Below are positions 28,299 through 39,623 of a DNA stretch of 64,000 nucleotides, in pieces (position 1 is the stretch's first letter; every line of letters starts with the position of its first letter). This DNA is from Methylococcales bacterium. GTDB taxonomy: Bacteria > Pseudomonadota > Gammaproteobacteria > Methylococcales > Methylomonadaceae. The stretch covers positions 2,140 through 66,139 of the forward strand of contig QVQF01000152.1 in NCBI GenBank assembly GCA_003584895.1, given 5' to 3'. The position numbers and the translations under genes are program-made. The notes beneath the pieces were generated by a model. The model saw nothing but the letters and a program-made list of their open reading frames with translations, searched no databases and was not told where the DNA came from.

Positions 28299-28928
28299 TT
28301 AATTACGTTTTGCCAAAGTCCGTTCAAATTGCGCCAATAATTCAACAATGGCTGCATTTTTCATTTTCATAGCGGCTTTGTTAACGACTAAGCGCGAGCT
28401 AATATTCATAATTAAGTCACGAGGTTCCATGTCGTTAGCTTTTAAGGTATTGCCTGTGTCGACCAAATCAACAATACAATCCGCTAGACCTACTAATGGT
28501 GCAAGTTCCATAGAGCCGTATAGCTTAATAATTTCTGCTTGAATACCTAAATTAGCAAAATAACGCTCAGTTATTTTGACGAATTTAGTGGCAACACGAA
28601 CGCGTCCGCTTATGGGTGGAGCATTTTTCCGCGTTGCAGTCATAAGTCGGCAACAAGCAATACCTAAGTCTAATGGTTCATATAGGCTATCGGCACCATG
28701 TTCTATTAAAACGTCTTTACCGGCGATACCTAAATCAGCAGCACCGTATTCTACAAAAGTAGGTACATCGGTTGCGCGGATGATAACGAGCTGCACATCA
28801 TCACGGGTGGTTTGTAAAATGAGCTTGCGACAGGTTTTTGGATCATCAGTCGGAACGATCCCCGCTTCGGCCAACAATGGTAGGGCTTCTTCATAAATTC
28901 GACCTTTAGATACAGCTATAGTTAGCAT
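28299..28928 (-). CDS. hisG: ATP phosphoribosyltransferase, short form
   Basis: 209 aa. [19 protein letters not shown]..., [12 protein letters not shown]. The short HisG(S) length implies that hisZ lies elsewhere. Confidence 0.9.
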   Translation of the reverse strand: MLTIAVSKGRIYEEALPLLAEAGIVPTDDPKTCRKLILQTTRDDVQLVIIRATDVPTFVEYGAADLGIAGKDVLIEHGADSLYEPLDLGIACCRLMTATRKNAPPISGRVRVATKFVKITERYFANLGIQAEIIKLYGSMELAPLVGLADCIVDLVDTGNTLKANDMEPRDLIMNISSRLVVNKAAMKMKNAAIVELLAQFERTLAKRN

Positions 28929-28937
28929 AGTCAGGCC

Positions 28938-30212
<1,275 letters not shown>

Positions 30213-30247
30213 TTAAAGTGCCTATGTAAAAAGAGGTGATCAATGTT

Positions 30248-30565
30248 TTACCCCTTTGCAGTTTGCGGAGCAAAATGGCCAGTCTTATCAAAACCACTTA
30301 GTTTAGCAAGATTAAGCAATTGATCGGGAATGTTTTTGAAAAGGATTTGGGTTCTATGTTGCCTAGTGTATTTAATCCACTCAATCATAAGCGCCAAGCC
30401 GGCACTATCAGTGCTCACCACGCGGCTCAAATCAATAGTAATATGTTTTGCAGTTGTTAAAAAAGCAACTGATTTTATTGCTTGTTGATCTATCGTTGCA
30501 AAAGTCAAATCACCATTAATCATAAAATGCCCATCACCTTGAGCAATAATATTCAGTTGGGTCAC
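30248..30565 (-). CDS. mlaB: STAS-domain protein, MlaB-like
   Basis: 105 aa. VSTDSAGLALMIEW is STAS-like. It has an ATGA overlap with mlaD. Confidence 0.7.
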   Translation of the reverse strand: MTQLNIIAQGDGHFMINGDLTFATIDQQAIKSVAFLTTAKHITIDLSRVVSTDSAGLALMIEWIKYTRQHRTQILFKNIPDQLLNLAKLSGFDKTGHFAPQTAKG

Positions 30566-31029
30566 TTTTTTTCTTCCGCAGACTTGAATAGAAATTGTCC
30601 TAAGGCTTTTTCAAGAATAATTGCAGACTGCGTAATTTCAATCTTGCCATTATTTTTAAGCGGGGTATCTGAGCCGCCGGCATCTAAATTAACATATTGC
30701 TCACCCAATAAGCCGGCTGTAAAAATACTAGCCGTGGTGTCATCTGGTAGGGCGTTATATTTAGAATTGATACTCATCTTAACGATAGATTCAAAGGTTT
30801 TTGGATCAAAGCTAATAGCGGTTACTCGGCCGATTTTAACGCCCGCCGCAGAAACGGGAGATTTAATTTTTAAACCACCAGAGTTTTCAAAGCGTGCTGT
30901 TATGGTATAGCTATCTTCGCTAACAAAAGAGCTTAAGTTACTGACTTGCATGGCAAGAAAAAACAATCCGATTATGCCTGAGGCGACAAAAAGGCCGACA
31001 AGAGTGTCTTGGGTGCTGGTGTGCTGCAT
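30562..31029 (-). CDS. mlaD: Phospholipid ABC transporter MCE-domain subunit MlaD
   Basis: 155 aa with an N-terminal TM and an MCE core (YTITARFENSGGLKIKSPVSAAGVKIGRV). Confidence 0.9.
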   Translation of the reverse strand: MQHTSTQDTLVGLFVASGIIGLFFLAMQVSNLSSFVSEDSYTITARFENSGGLKIKSPVSAAGVKIGRVTAISFDPKTFESIVKMSINSKYNALPDDTTASIFTAGLLGEQYVNLDAGGSDTPLKNNGKIEITQSAIILEKALGQFLFKSAEEKK

Positions 31030-31811
31030 TAATGTTCTCCAAACATAAGTGCGGTCAAGATAAAATCTAGACCTAAAATACTAAAAGCTGAATTAACCAC
31101 GGTGCGGGTAGTCGCTCGACTAACACCTTCCGAGGTAGGGATGGCATCATAACCTTCAAATAACGCTATCCAAGAAGTAACAAAACCAAAAACTAGGCTT
31201 TTAATGACACCATTAATAATGTCATCTTTAAAGTCAATGCCGGACTGCATTTGTGACCAAAAGGCACCTTCATCAACGCCTAGTAGACCACAGCCGACCA
31301 TTTGACCGCCGATAACGCCCACGGCACTAAATAATGCGGCCAGCAAAGGCATAGAAATTAAGCCAGCGACAAAGCGTGGCGTGATAATGCGCCTTATAGG
31401 ATCTACGGCCATCATTTCCATTCCGGATAGCTGTTCAGTCGCTTTCATTAAGCCAATTTCTGCCGTTAATGCAGAACCTGCTCGACCAGCAAAAAGCAGT
31501 CCTGAAACTACGGGGCCTAATTCTCGAACTAAAGACGCAGCGACCATCACCCCTAAGGATTCTTCTGCACCAAAATCCGAAAGCGTGTAATAACCTTGCA
31601 AACTTAAAACCATGCCGACAAAAAGGCCGGAAATAGTGATAATCAAAAAGGATAATACGCCTACAGAATAGAGCTGTTTGAGTAATAAACGTGGTCGTGC
31701 CAACAGGCTTAATATGCCGGCTAGGATTTGTAGTAAAAAGTAACTGGCTCGTCCTAGTTTGGTAAAACTGATGCGCGTGCTCTGCCCTAAATATTCTAAG
31801 AATGCTGTCAT
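31029..31811 (-). CDS. mlaE: Phospholipid ABC transporter permease MlaE
   Basis: 260 aa polytopic protein. [25 protein letters not shown] is typical of MlaE. Confidence 0.9.
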   Translation of the reverse strand: MTAFLEYLGQSTRISFTKLGRASYFLLQILAGILSLLARPRLLLKQLYSVGVLSFLIITISGLFVGMVLSLQGYYTLSDFGAEESLGVMVAASLVRELGPVVSGLLFAGRAGSALTAEIGLMKATEQLSGMEMMAVDPIRRIITPRFVAGLISMPLLAALFSAVGVIGGQMVGCGLLGVDEGAFWSQMQSGIDFKDDIINGVIKSLVFGFVTSWIALFEGYDAIPTSEGVSRATTRTVVNSAFSILGLDFILTALMFGEH

Positions 31812-31866
31812 GTGGTTAGTTTAATTGACTTAAGTTAAGTTAAGGTCGAATTTATCAATGAAAGCA

Positions 31867-32694
31867 TTAATAACGTTTTCCTGATGATAACAGATCATCG
31901 ACATAATCTTTGGCAGGGTAATGAAAATGAACAGGGCCATCGGCAGCTCCCGTCATAAACTGCTGTACCCATTCAGATTCTGATTGCTGAATTTCTTGGG
32001 GCGTACCTTGTCCTACAATTTTTCCTCCTGATAAGACATAGATGTAATCGGCAATTGCCGAAGTATCATGCACGTCATGAGAGACGATAATACTTGTTAA
32101 GCCCAAGGTGGTATTAAGCGACTTAATTAGGTGTACTAATATACCCATAGAAATGGGATCTTGGCCTGTAAAAGGTTCATCATACAAAATCATCATGGGA
32201 TCCAGCGCAATAGCTCTGGCTAAGGCAATGCGTCTAGCCATGCCGCCGGATAATTCATTTGGCATTAGATTACGAGCGCCTCTTAAGCCAACTGCTTGTA
32301 GTTTCATGAGCACCAGGGTTCGTATCATGGACTCAGGCAGATGGGTATGCTCACGTAAGGGAAAAGCGACGTTATCATAAACGTTCATGTCTGTTAACAG
32401 CGCGCCACTTTGAAAAAGCATGCCTAAGCGTTTGCGTAAATTGTATAACTCAGCACGGCGTAATTGATGGACATTTTCGCCATCGACGCTAATGGTGCCT
32501 TGGTCGGGGAAAAGTTGGCCACCTATCAGTTTAAGTAAGGTAGTTTTTCCTGTGCCGCTAGGTCCCATAATCGCAGTGATTTTACCACGTTCGAAATCAA
32601 GTGAAATATTGTCGAAAATTTTCGTAGTGCCGCGAGAAAATGACAAATTACGTACGGACACTAAACTGTTTGGGGGAGTAACGTGGTTATCCAT
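31867..32694 (-). CDS. mlaF: Phospholipid ABC transporter ATPase MlaF
   Basis: Walker A GPSGTGKTT, signature LSGGMARR, Walker B ILYDEP. Confidence 0.9.
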   Translation of the reverse strand: MDNHVTPPNSLVSVRNLSFSRGTTKIFDNISLDFERGKITAIMGPSGTGKTTLLKLIGGQLFPDQGTISVDGENVHQLRRAELYNLRKRLGMLFQSGALLTDMNVYDNVAFPLREHTHLPESMIRTLVLMKLQAVGLRGARNLMPNELSGGMARRIALARAIALDPMMILYDEPFTGQDPISMGILVHLIKSLNTTLGLTSIIVSHDVHDTSAIADYIYVLSGGKIVGQGTPQEIQQSESEWVQQFMTGAADGPVHFHYPAKDYVDDLLSSGKRY

Positions 32695-32869
32695 ACGGGT
32701 TGAGGTTATTAGTTGGGCTAAATATTGCCTATTTTCTACGAGGTTGGCCTATTTAGTCAATCAATAGTCGATGTTATCCGTATTTATACTTGTTGTTACT
32801 GGGTCTCAATGATAGAGTGATTTTAACAAATATACATACCTAGCCATCAACTTTTGATGCAAATGTTAA

Positions 32870-35605
32870 GTGATTAACTTACCCTTCAATGCATTACAGA
32901 GTAATACCATGACAATTTTCCCTAAAACAATGATAGGGCGTTTAGCCATTATTTCTATTTCACCTCCATTGCTTTGTTTATTAGCGTTGGGTTTATATGT
33001 GGCTTTCGAACAAACTCAAACCGCGACGGATACAGCCAAGAACGAAGCTGTACTCATAACGTCGGGCTTATCCTCCAGTATATTGAATCCCCTAGTAGAA
33101 TCTAATTATGTAGCAATAGATCAAGTTGTTAATCAAGTTGCGAGTACAACAACCCATGTTGATCGAATTTTAGTAGTTAATGCCCGTGGCTTAGCAATAG
33201 TAGACGCCCATAAAAATCAATTGAATGGCGAGTGGCAACTGACTCATGGTCAGACGGTAACAATACCTGAACAGGCTGTTGCAAAGCAAGTTCTGCTTAA
33301 TGATCATATTGTCAACTGGTTGCCATTAACTGCAGGAAGTTCCATTGGATGGGTAGAGACTGAATATGCACTGGAACAGATTTATGAGGCACAGCAACTG
33401 GTTATTAGACAAACTGCATTGGTTTTGTTTATGGCATCATTGCTGTCTATTTTTTTTGTATTGATAACCGCACAAAAACCTAAACGGCGTATAGCTGAAC
33501 TTGTTAACTTTATTGATAATTTCCCTAAATCTAATGGCGAGCAAATCACGTTTTCTGGTGGTAGCGAAGAGCTTAGAAGTATGGTGAATTCTGTTAATAC
33601 AGCGTCGACCAGTTTGTATAACAATACGCAGCAATTAAAAATTCTCCAAGCCTTAATAGAAGCTAGTGCTGACCCTTTTTATATAGTGGATGCCGAACAA
33701 TCGTTTCGCCTGACCTTTGTTAACGATGCCGCTAGTCAGCATTTTGGTTATGCTAAAGACATTTTGTTAACGACGCATATCCAAGATTATGACCTTGAGT
33801 TAGATGAACAAAAAATAAAAGATCTTTTTGTAATCATTAAAAAACAAAAAAATATTACCTTTACGAGTAAGCATCGTAATGTCCTAGGCGAGATTGTTCC
33901 GGTCAAGATAAATGCTAACTACATCAATATTTCTAACCAAAAATTGGTTGGAGGTTATTTTAGAGATTTACGTGCAGATATTGAGGCTGAGCAACAATTG
34001 CTGACAGCATTAGAAGGCGCGGAACAAGCGGCTAAGTCTAAGGGAGCGTTTCTAACCAACATGAGTCATGAGATCCGTACGCCTATGAATGGCATACTCG
34101 GCTTGACCGAGTTAGCGCTACATCAAGAATTAAGCCCTAAGCTAAGCGATTATTTGCAAAAGATTTATAGCTCTGGCAAAAGTTTATTGCTTATACTTAA
34201 CGATATACTCGATTTCTCAAAACTTGAGGCTTCGGGTATGCATATTGAAAATCAGATTTTTTGCTTGAATGACGTACTGCGTAATTTAAGAGATTTGTTT
34301 TCTATTAGTGCCGAGGTAAAGCAGCTTAAATTAATCTTTGATATCGATACAGCCGCGCCTCTCTATTTAATCGGTGATGCTTTACGATTGACGCAAATCC
34401 TTGCCAACTTGATAAGCAATGCCATTAAATTTACGAATCAAGGCACAATAACGATTAAGATTGAATTAAAAGTTTTAGATAATATTAAAGCTTTAATTGC
34501 ATTTTCGGTTAAAGATACTGGGTTAGGAATAGACGCAGATGATTTAGCCAGATTATTTCAACCTTTTAGCCAAGTAGATAGTTCAATGACTAGGCGTTTT
34601 GGTGGTACAGGTTTAGGTTTGGCCATTAGTCAAAGTTTATTAAAGCTTATGGATTCTGAGCTGAAAGTCATTAGTCAGCCTAGCTTAGGCTCACAGTTTA
34701 GTTTCGAGGTTTTACTGGGTGTCTCTAGTATTAATATAGGTAAAGAACAGAAAATATTAGATGAGAGTGCTTTAAATGCAGAGAATTTTATTCTAAATGA
34801 TAGCGAACTAAATCATAATGAGGTTAATTTTCAAGGCATTTCCATATTAGTTGTAGAAGATAATAATATTAATCAAAAGGTAGTTAGTGAACTCCTTAAA
34901 TTATCGGGTATGAGCGTGGTCATAGCCGATAATGGACAAATAGCCTTAGAAAAACTCCAGCAACAAGCCTTTGATGCCGTATTAATGGATATCCAAATGC
35001 CCGTTATGGATGGGCTAGAGGCTACCCGCCAAATTCGATTGCAACCAGCCTTTGCTAAACTGCCCATTATCGCCTTAACCGCAGGTGTGACCATTGAAGA
35101 GCAAGCAAGTTATATGGCGGCTGGTATGAATGATTTTTTACCTAAACCTATTAATTCAGAGGCGTTAATTAATGTGCTGAGTCGCACTATTAGGGCCTCG
35201 CAGTTTTCAAAAACGAGTCTATCTGAGCCGCTAAGCTTGCCAGATGATAAAGATTGGACTGATCTTGCTGAAGCCCTACCAGGGTTTGATTTGGAAAATA
35301 TTAAATTCATAGTAGGTGGTCAACGCGAGGTATTATTGAGCTTTCTACAGGAGTTTTATACTGAGTCTAAGGGTGAATCTTTAGTCGTGGCTGATTTACT
35401 AAGGCAAGGTGATACACAGGCAGCGAAAAGGGTAGTTCATACGTTGAAAGGTGTATCCGGTAGCTTAGGGGCTATGCAATTACACACTGCTTGCGATGAA
35501 TTTAGTCATCAGCTTAAGTTGCAATGCTTTGAATCTGCTACTTTAGAGCATTGGCAATCTGTATTTGAACAAACCATGTCTAGCATTAAGGCACTCAATA
35601 CCTAG
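32870..35605 (+). CDS. Hybrid sensor histidine kinase (periplasmic sensor-TM-PAS-HisKA-HATPase-REC-HPt)
   Basis: H-box FLTNMSHEIRTPMNGILG, N-box LISNAIKFT, G-boxes DTGLGI/GGTGLGLAIS, REC ILVVEDNNINQ...LMDIQMPVMDG, HPt HTLKGVSGSLG. A possible alternative start is 32909. Confidence 0.9.
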   Translation: MINLPFNALQSNTMTIFPKTMIGRLAIISISPPLLCLLALGLYVAFEQTQTATDTAKNEAVLITSGLSSSILNPLVESNYVAIDQVVNQVASTTTHVDRILVVNARGLAIVDAHKNQLNGEWQLTHGQTVTIPEQAVAKQVLLNDHIVNWLPLTAGSSIGWVETEYALEQIYEAQQLVIRQTALVLFMASLLSIFFVLITAQKPKRRIAELVNFIDNFPKSNGEQITFSGGSEELRSMVNSVNTASTSLYNNTQQLKILQALIEASADPFYIVDAEQSFRLTFVNDAASQHFGYAKDILLTTHIQDYDLELDEQKIKDLFVIIKKQKNITFTSKHRNVLGEIVPVKINANYINISNQKLVGGYFRDLRADIEAEQQLLTALEGAEQAAKSKGAFLTNMSHEIRTPMNGILGLTELALHQELSPKLSDYLQKIYSSGKSLLLILNDILDFSKLEASGMHIENQIFCLNDVLRNLRDLFSISAEVKQLKLIFDIDTAAPLYLIGDALRLTQILANLISNAIKFTNQGTITIKIELKVLDNIKALIAFSVKDTGLGIDADDLARLFQPFSQVDSSMTRRFGGTGLGLAISQSLLKLMDSELKVISQPSLGSQFSFEVLLGVSSINIGKEQKILDESALNAENFILNDSELNHNEVNFQGISILVVEDNNINQKVVSELLKLSGMSVVIADNGQIALEKLQQQAFDAVLMDIQMPVMDGLEATRQIRLQPAFAKLPIIALTAGVTIEEQASYMAAGMNDFLPKPINSEALINVLSRTIRASQFSKTSLSEPLSLPDDKDWTDLAEALPGFDLENIKFIVGGQREVLLSFLQEFYTESKGESLVVADLLRQGDTQAAKRVVHTLKGVSGSLGAMQLHTACDEFSHQLKLQCFESATLEHWQSVFEQTMSSIKALNT

Positions 35606-35681
35606 GTTGCTATTGGTTTAGATACTCGACACATGAGCTTTGAGATGTCGGATTGCGCTACCGCTATTCTGATTTAACAAA

Positions 35682-36221
35682 TTAGTCATAATGCACGCAT
35701 TCATAAGGTAAACTTGGTTCCCTACCTGCGATTAAATCATTTAAAAAAGTCCAAAACACTTCGGCTGAGGGTGGACAACCTGGTAAAAAATAATCTACTT
35801 TTACAACTTCATGTAAGGGTCTTACTTTATCCAATAACAAAGGTAACTCAAGGTCGTTGGGGATTTGAGCATTTTCTACCCCTATACCACGGAGGTATGA
35901 CTCAGCGAGACACTCTTCCAGTGGAATAAAATTACGCATAGCAGGTAGTCCTCCTGTAATGGCGCAAGCGCCTACAGCGACTAGGATTTTGCAGTTTTTA
36001 CGAAACTCGCGTAATACATGCACGTTTTCAGAATTACAAACGCCGCCTTCAATTAAACCAATATCACAATTCGTACAATGTTCAATATCGGTTAATGGTG
36101 AGCGATCAAACTCTATGAGTTCTGCTAGCGGTATTAAGCGCTCATCTAAATCTAATAAAGACATGTGACAGCCAAAACAACCGCCTAATGAGGTGGTGGC
36201 GATTCTTATTTTAGTTTTCAT
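35682..36221 (-). CDS. hoxY: NAD-reducing [NiFe]-hydrogenase small (delta) subunit HoxY-like
   Basis: 179 aa. Proximal-cluster ligands GGCFGCHMS, GACAITGG and LPGCPPS. This is the last gene of the operon, only 76 nt from the converging kinase gene. Confidence 0.8.
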   Translation of the reverse strand: MKTKIRIATTSLGGCFGCHMSLLDLDERLIPLAELIEFDRSPLTDIEHCTNCDIGLIEGGVCNSENVHVLREFRKNCKILVAVGACAITGGLPAMRNFIPLEECLAESYLRGIGVENAQIPNDLELPLLLDKVRPLHEVVKVDYFLPGCPPSAEVFWTFLNDLIAGREPSLPYECVHYD

Positions 36222-36927
36222 CAGTTTGTTCCACCGCTAAGCTGATTTGATCGATATGTTGATGATCATAAGTACGTTCCCCGATAGGGACTTGATAGCC
36301 TGTGTGTTTTATGAGTATGGCTCCAGTTGGACAGATGTGAGCCGCTAAATCAGTCGCTTCTATATTAGTATCTTTTAATAAGCCACTTTCAGAATTAATG
36401 ATGAGATGTTTATTGATTCCTCGACCACTGATCGCAAACACGGCTTTACCATCATGTTCGTCACTAGCTCTGACGCACAAAGTGCAAAAGATACAGCGGT
36501 TATGGTCAATTATCACTTCAGCATGGCTAGCATCAAGTTCTCGGTGTGAATAAAAATGCGGAAAATGACTGTCTAGCATATTTAAATGATAGGCAACCGC
36601 TTGTAACTGGCAGTTCCCGGTTTTTTCACACGACGGGCAGAAATGATTACCCTCTACAAAGAGCATTTGGGTTATTTTTTGCCGATCAGCCTTCAGTTCT
36701 TGGCTATTATTAAGGACCTCTTGACCCTCCATGGCGGCGAAAGTACAAGCCGAACAGTTTCGACCATTAACATTAACCGTGCACAATTTACAACTGCCAT
36801 GCGCCGTAAATTCTGGGTGATGACATAAATGCGGAATATAAATGCCGGCAGCCGTAGCGGCTTCGATGATGGTTTGCCCTTCTTTAAAGGGGATGGTATT
36901 GCCATCAATATGGATGGTTTTAGTCAT
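36211..36927 (-). CDS. hoxU: NAD-reducing hydrogenase diaphorase subunit HoxU (NuoG N-terminal-like)
   Basis: 238 aa. 2Fe-2S CHHPEFTAHGSCKLC...CSAC, His-ligated cluster HFCPSCEKTGNC, ferredoxin motifs CIFCTLCVRAS and ICPTGAI. Confidence 0.85.
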   Translation of the reverse strand: MTKTIHIDGNTIPFKEGQTIIEAATAAGIYIPHLCHHPEFTAHGSCKLCTVNVNGRNCSACTFAAMEGQEVLNNSQELKADRQKITQMLFVEGNHFCPSCEKTGNCQLQAVAYHLNMLDSHFPHFYSHRELDASHAEVIIDHNRCIFCTLCVRASDEHDGKAVFAISGRGINKHLIINSESGLLKDTNIEATDLAAHICPTGAILIKHTGYQVPIGERTYDHQHIDQISLAVEQTDEN

Positions 36928-38708
36928 CAGTCTTGCTCCACTTGCGTTAAATGCGCGGCGGCATCGTTACGGTTAGCTAGTTGTCTTGCATTTTCTAAGG
37001 AAGCATCCAAATCGAAGCCAGGTTCGTAACTGATGTTTTTTAAGCGACTTTGATACAACTCAGGAAAACGCGCTAACGTACTAATAATAGGGTTGGCGGC
37101 AGTCTGCCCAAGACCACAATGGCTATAATTTTTAACTAAAACACATAATTCTTCAAGAGCTACCACATCACCTGCTGAACCATGACCGTCAATAATTTTA
37201 GCCAGTTGATTTTTCAATAAAGACGTTCCAACTCGGCAAGGTGTACAAAAGCCACAACTTTCATGAGCAAAAAAACGGGTAAAGTTATTAACGATATCCA
37301 GTAAGTTACGGTGTTTATTAAAAATGATGAAGGAGCCTCCGGTGGCTAAATCTTCAAAAGCTAATTTACGCTGTAGCTCTAGGTCAGAAATAAACAGACC
37401 TGAAGGCCCTCCGATTTGCACGCCCAACAACTCCTCAGCACCACAATCGTTTAATATGGTTTCTATAGGCGTTCCGAAAGCATATTCATAGATGCCAGGC
37501 TTAGCGCAATCTCCGCTAATACTGAGTATTTTCGTGCCTTTAGATTGCCCCGTGCCGATACTGGCAAACCAATCACCACCTAGATGTGCAATGGCTGCTG
37601 CGGCTAAAAAAGTCTCTACATTATTAACGACAGTGGGCTTGCCTAAATAACCCTGAGTCACTGGATACGGTGGGCGATTACGAGGAATGCCCATTTTTCC
37701 TTCTAGCGATTCAATCAAAGCGGATTCTTCGCCACAGATATAAGCGCCGGCACCTAAGCAGATGTCGATATCAAAATCTAGGCCGCTGTTAAGTATGTTA
37801 TTGCCTAATAAACCCTGCTGCCTGCGCTCGACCAGTACCTGTTGCAGCTTATCGTACAAAAACAAATATTCGCCACGTAAATATAAGAAGCCTTGTTGCG
37901 CCCCGATAATGGCTGCACATACAGTCATGCCTTCAATAACTTGCTGGGCATAGCTATTTAATAGCACTCGATCTTTAAATGTTCCAGGTTCACCCTCATC
38001 AGCATTGCAGACGACATAGCGTTGGTTTTCAGGTTCATCACGACAATATTGCCATTTGCTCGCTGTTTTAAAGCCAGCGCCGCCACGGCCACGAAGAGCT
38101 GAGGTATCCAGCTCAGCCAAAGTGGCGACTAAACCACGTTTAAAAGTTGATTGTAAGGCCTCACCGGGTGTTAGCGGATGATTTAATAATAAACCCGGTT
38201 TAATAATATGATCATCGACCTGAAATAACTGACTTGGCCATAGAGCGACAGGAGTTTGCTGATTAATCAGCTCACTAATTTGATCAATGCGAGCATGATC
38301 AAGATGGGGCAGAGCATAACCATTCACTAAGCCAGCAGGGCCTTGATCACAAAGTCCGGTACAGGAGGTGTTATCTAAACTAACTAGGCCATCTGTTCGA
38401 ACCTCACCCACGGCAACATTTAGTTTTATGGCTAAATAGTCGGTGAGTGCGTGCTTGCCTAATAGATGATCAGTAATAGAATCACTGATTAATAATTCGT
38501 AGCGCCCGCGTGGTGATAAATGAAAAAAACTGTAAAATTCAATAACGCCAATAATCTGGGTGCGGGCTATATTTAATAAGCTTGCCAGTTGCTCAATGGC
38601 TGGTTTAGGAATGTAATGATAGTGAGCTTGTATGGCATGCAGTATGCGCAATAAATGGGTGGCTTTATATTGATTTTCTTCTGCGATATTTTTAACAAAA
38701 GCTTGCAT
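36927..38708 (-). CDS. hoxF: NAD-reducing hydrogenase diaphorase subunit HoxF (NuoE-like domain fused to NuoF-like)
   Basis: 593 aa. FMN/NADH motifs GRGGAGFKTASKW and CNADEGEPGTFKDR, and the 4Fe-4S motif ESCGFCTPCRVG. Confidence 0.85.
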   Translation of the reverse strand: MQAFVKNIAEENQYKATHLLRILHAIQAHYHYIPKPAIEQLASLLNIARTQIIGVIEFYSFFHLSPRGRYELLISDSITDHLLGKHALTDYLAIKLNVAVGEVRTDGLVSLDNTSCTGLCDQGPAGLVNGYALPHLDHARIDQISELINQQTPVALWPSQLFQVDDHIIKPGLLLNHPLTPGEALQSTFKRGLVATLAELDTSALRGRGGAGFKTASKWQYCRDEPENQRYVVCNADEGEPGTFKDRVLLNSYAQQVIEGMTVCAAIIGAQQGFLYLRGEYLFLYDKLQQVLVERRQQGLLGNNILNSGLDFDIDICLGAGAYICGEESALIESLEGKMGIPRNRPPYPVTQGYLGKPTVVNNVETFLAAAAIAHLGGDWFASIGTGQSKGTKILSISGDCAKPGIYEYAFGTPIETILNDCGAEELLGVQIGGPSGLFISDLELQRKLAFEDLATGGSFIIFNKHRNLLDIVNNFTRFFAHESCGFCTPCRVGTSLLKNQLAKIIDGHGSAGDVVALEELCVLVKNYSHCGLGQTAANPIISTLARFPELYQSRLKNISYEPGFDLDASLENARQLANRNDAAAHLTQVEQD

Positions 38709-38785
38709 GTTGGCTCCTATACATAAAAATAATGGACCATTAGAAATTTGAATGTAACTTTACTAGAAACAGCTAAAGCTACTGT

Positions 38786-38862
38786 ATGTCGGGCTTCGAT
38801 TTTCCCCAACCCACAATTATTGGTACCTTGTTTGGTTGACGGTGAAGCTGTTAGCCCAACAG
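38786..38862. repeat. Degenerate REP-like pair
   Basis: atgtcgggcttcgattttccccaacccaca ... ttgtttggttgacggtgaagctgttagcccaaca. It shares agctgttagcccaac with the repeat at 61361-61375. Confidence 0.5.
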
Positions 38863-38879
38863 AAAACATTTATTTTGCG

Positions 38880-39620
38880 TTAAGGCAAAGCAATAAAAGC
38901 ACTTAGCAGCTTAATGACTTTGATCATACCCATTTGCAAATGCTGCTCTAATTCGGCCATAGAAATTTCACCAGCACCTTTACCGGCGGCCCAGTTAGCT
39001 ATAACAGCAATCGTTGCATAATCGATATCTAATTCTTTAGCCAGAGCGGCCTCAGGCATGCCGGTCATGCCGACTAGATCGCAACCATCTTGTTGCATGC
39101 GTTTAATTTCAGCACTCGTTTCTAGTCGTGGCCCTTGAGTACAGCCATAAGTGCCGATAGGGCTAATAGAGATTTGAGCCTGTGTTGCCGCGGTGATTAA
39201 GGCTTTACGTAAGCTAGGATGGTAAGGGTAAGTGAAATCTATATGAGTAACCGGATGATTTTTGTCATCAAAAAAACTATGTAAACGACCATGGCTATAA
39301 TCAATAATTTGATCGGGTATAGCTATATGCTCAGGTGCCATGGCGGTACTAATGCCACCTACCGCAGCTACAGCTATGATACGTTCAACCCCTAATTGCT
39401 TAAGCCCCCAAATATTAGCGCGGTAGTTGATTTTATGGGGCGCTAAGGTATGAGGATTACCATGTCTGGCTAGAAAGATTACTTTTTTATGGTTAAATTC
39501 GCCGGTAATAAATTCAGCAGAAGGAGCACCATAAGGTGTGTTGAGCTGCTCACGTTTAATAATATTCAGTTCTTTAAGTTGGCTAAGGCCGCTACCGCCA
39601 ATAATCGCTAATGTGGTCAT
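38880..39620 (-). CDS. mtnP: S-methyl-5'-thioadenosine (or thioinosine) phosphorylase
   Basis: 246 aa PNP/MTAP family protein. LAIIGGSGL, ARHGNPH and GMTGMPEAALAKE. Confidence 0.8.
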   Translation of the reverse strand: MTTLAIIGGSGLSQLKELNIIKREQLNTPYGAPSAEFITGEFNHKKVIFLARHGNPHTLAPHKINYRANIWGLKQLGVERIIAVAAVGGISTAMAPEHIAIPDQIIDYSHGRLHSFFDDKNHPVTHIDFTYPYHPSLRKALITAATQAQISISPIGTYGCTQGPRLETSAEIKRMQQDGCDLVGMTGMPEAALAKELDIDYATIAVIANWAAGKGAGEISMAELEQHLQMGMIKVIKLLSAFIALP

Positions 39621-39623
39621 TGC

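Noticed and set aside
35606-35681. Possible hoxH remnant or pseudogene after hoxY
   Set aside because: Only 76 nt separate hoxY from the kinase stop codon. This is too short to hold even a fragment recognisable by eye. Only a weak inverted repeat (cgacacat..atgtcg) is present.
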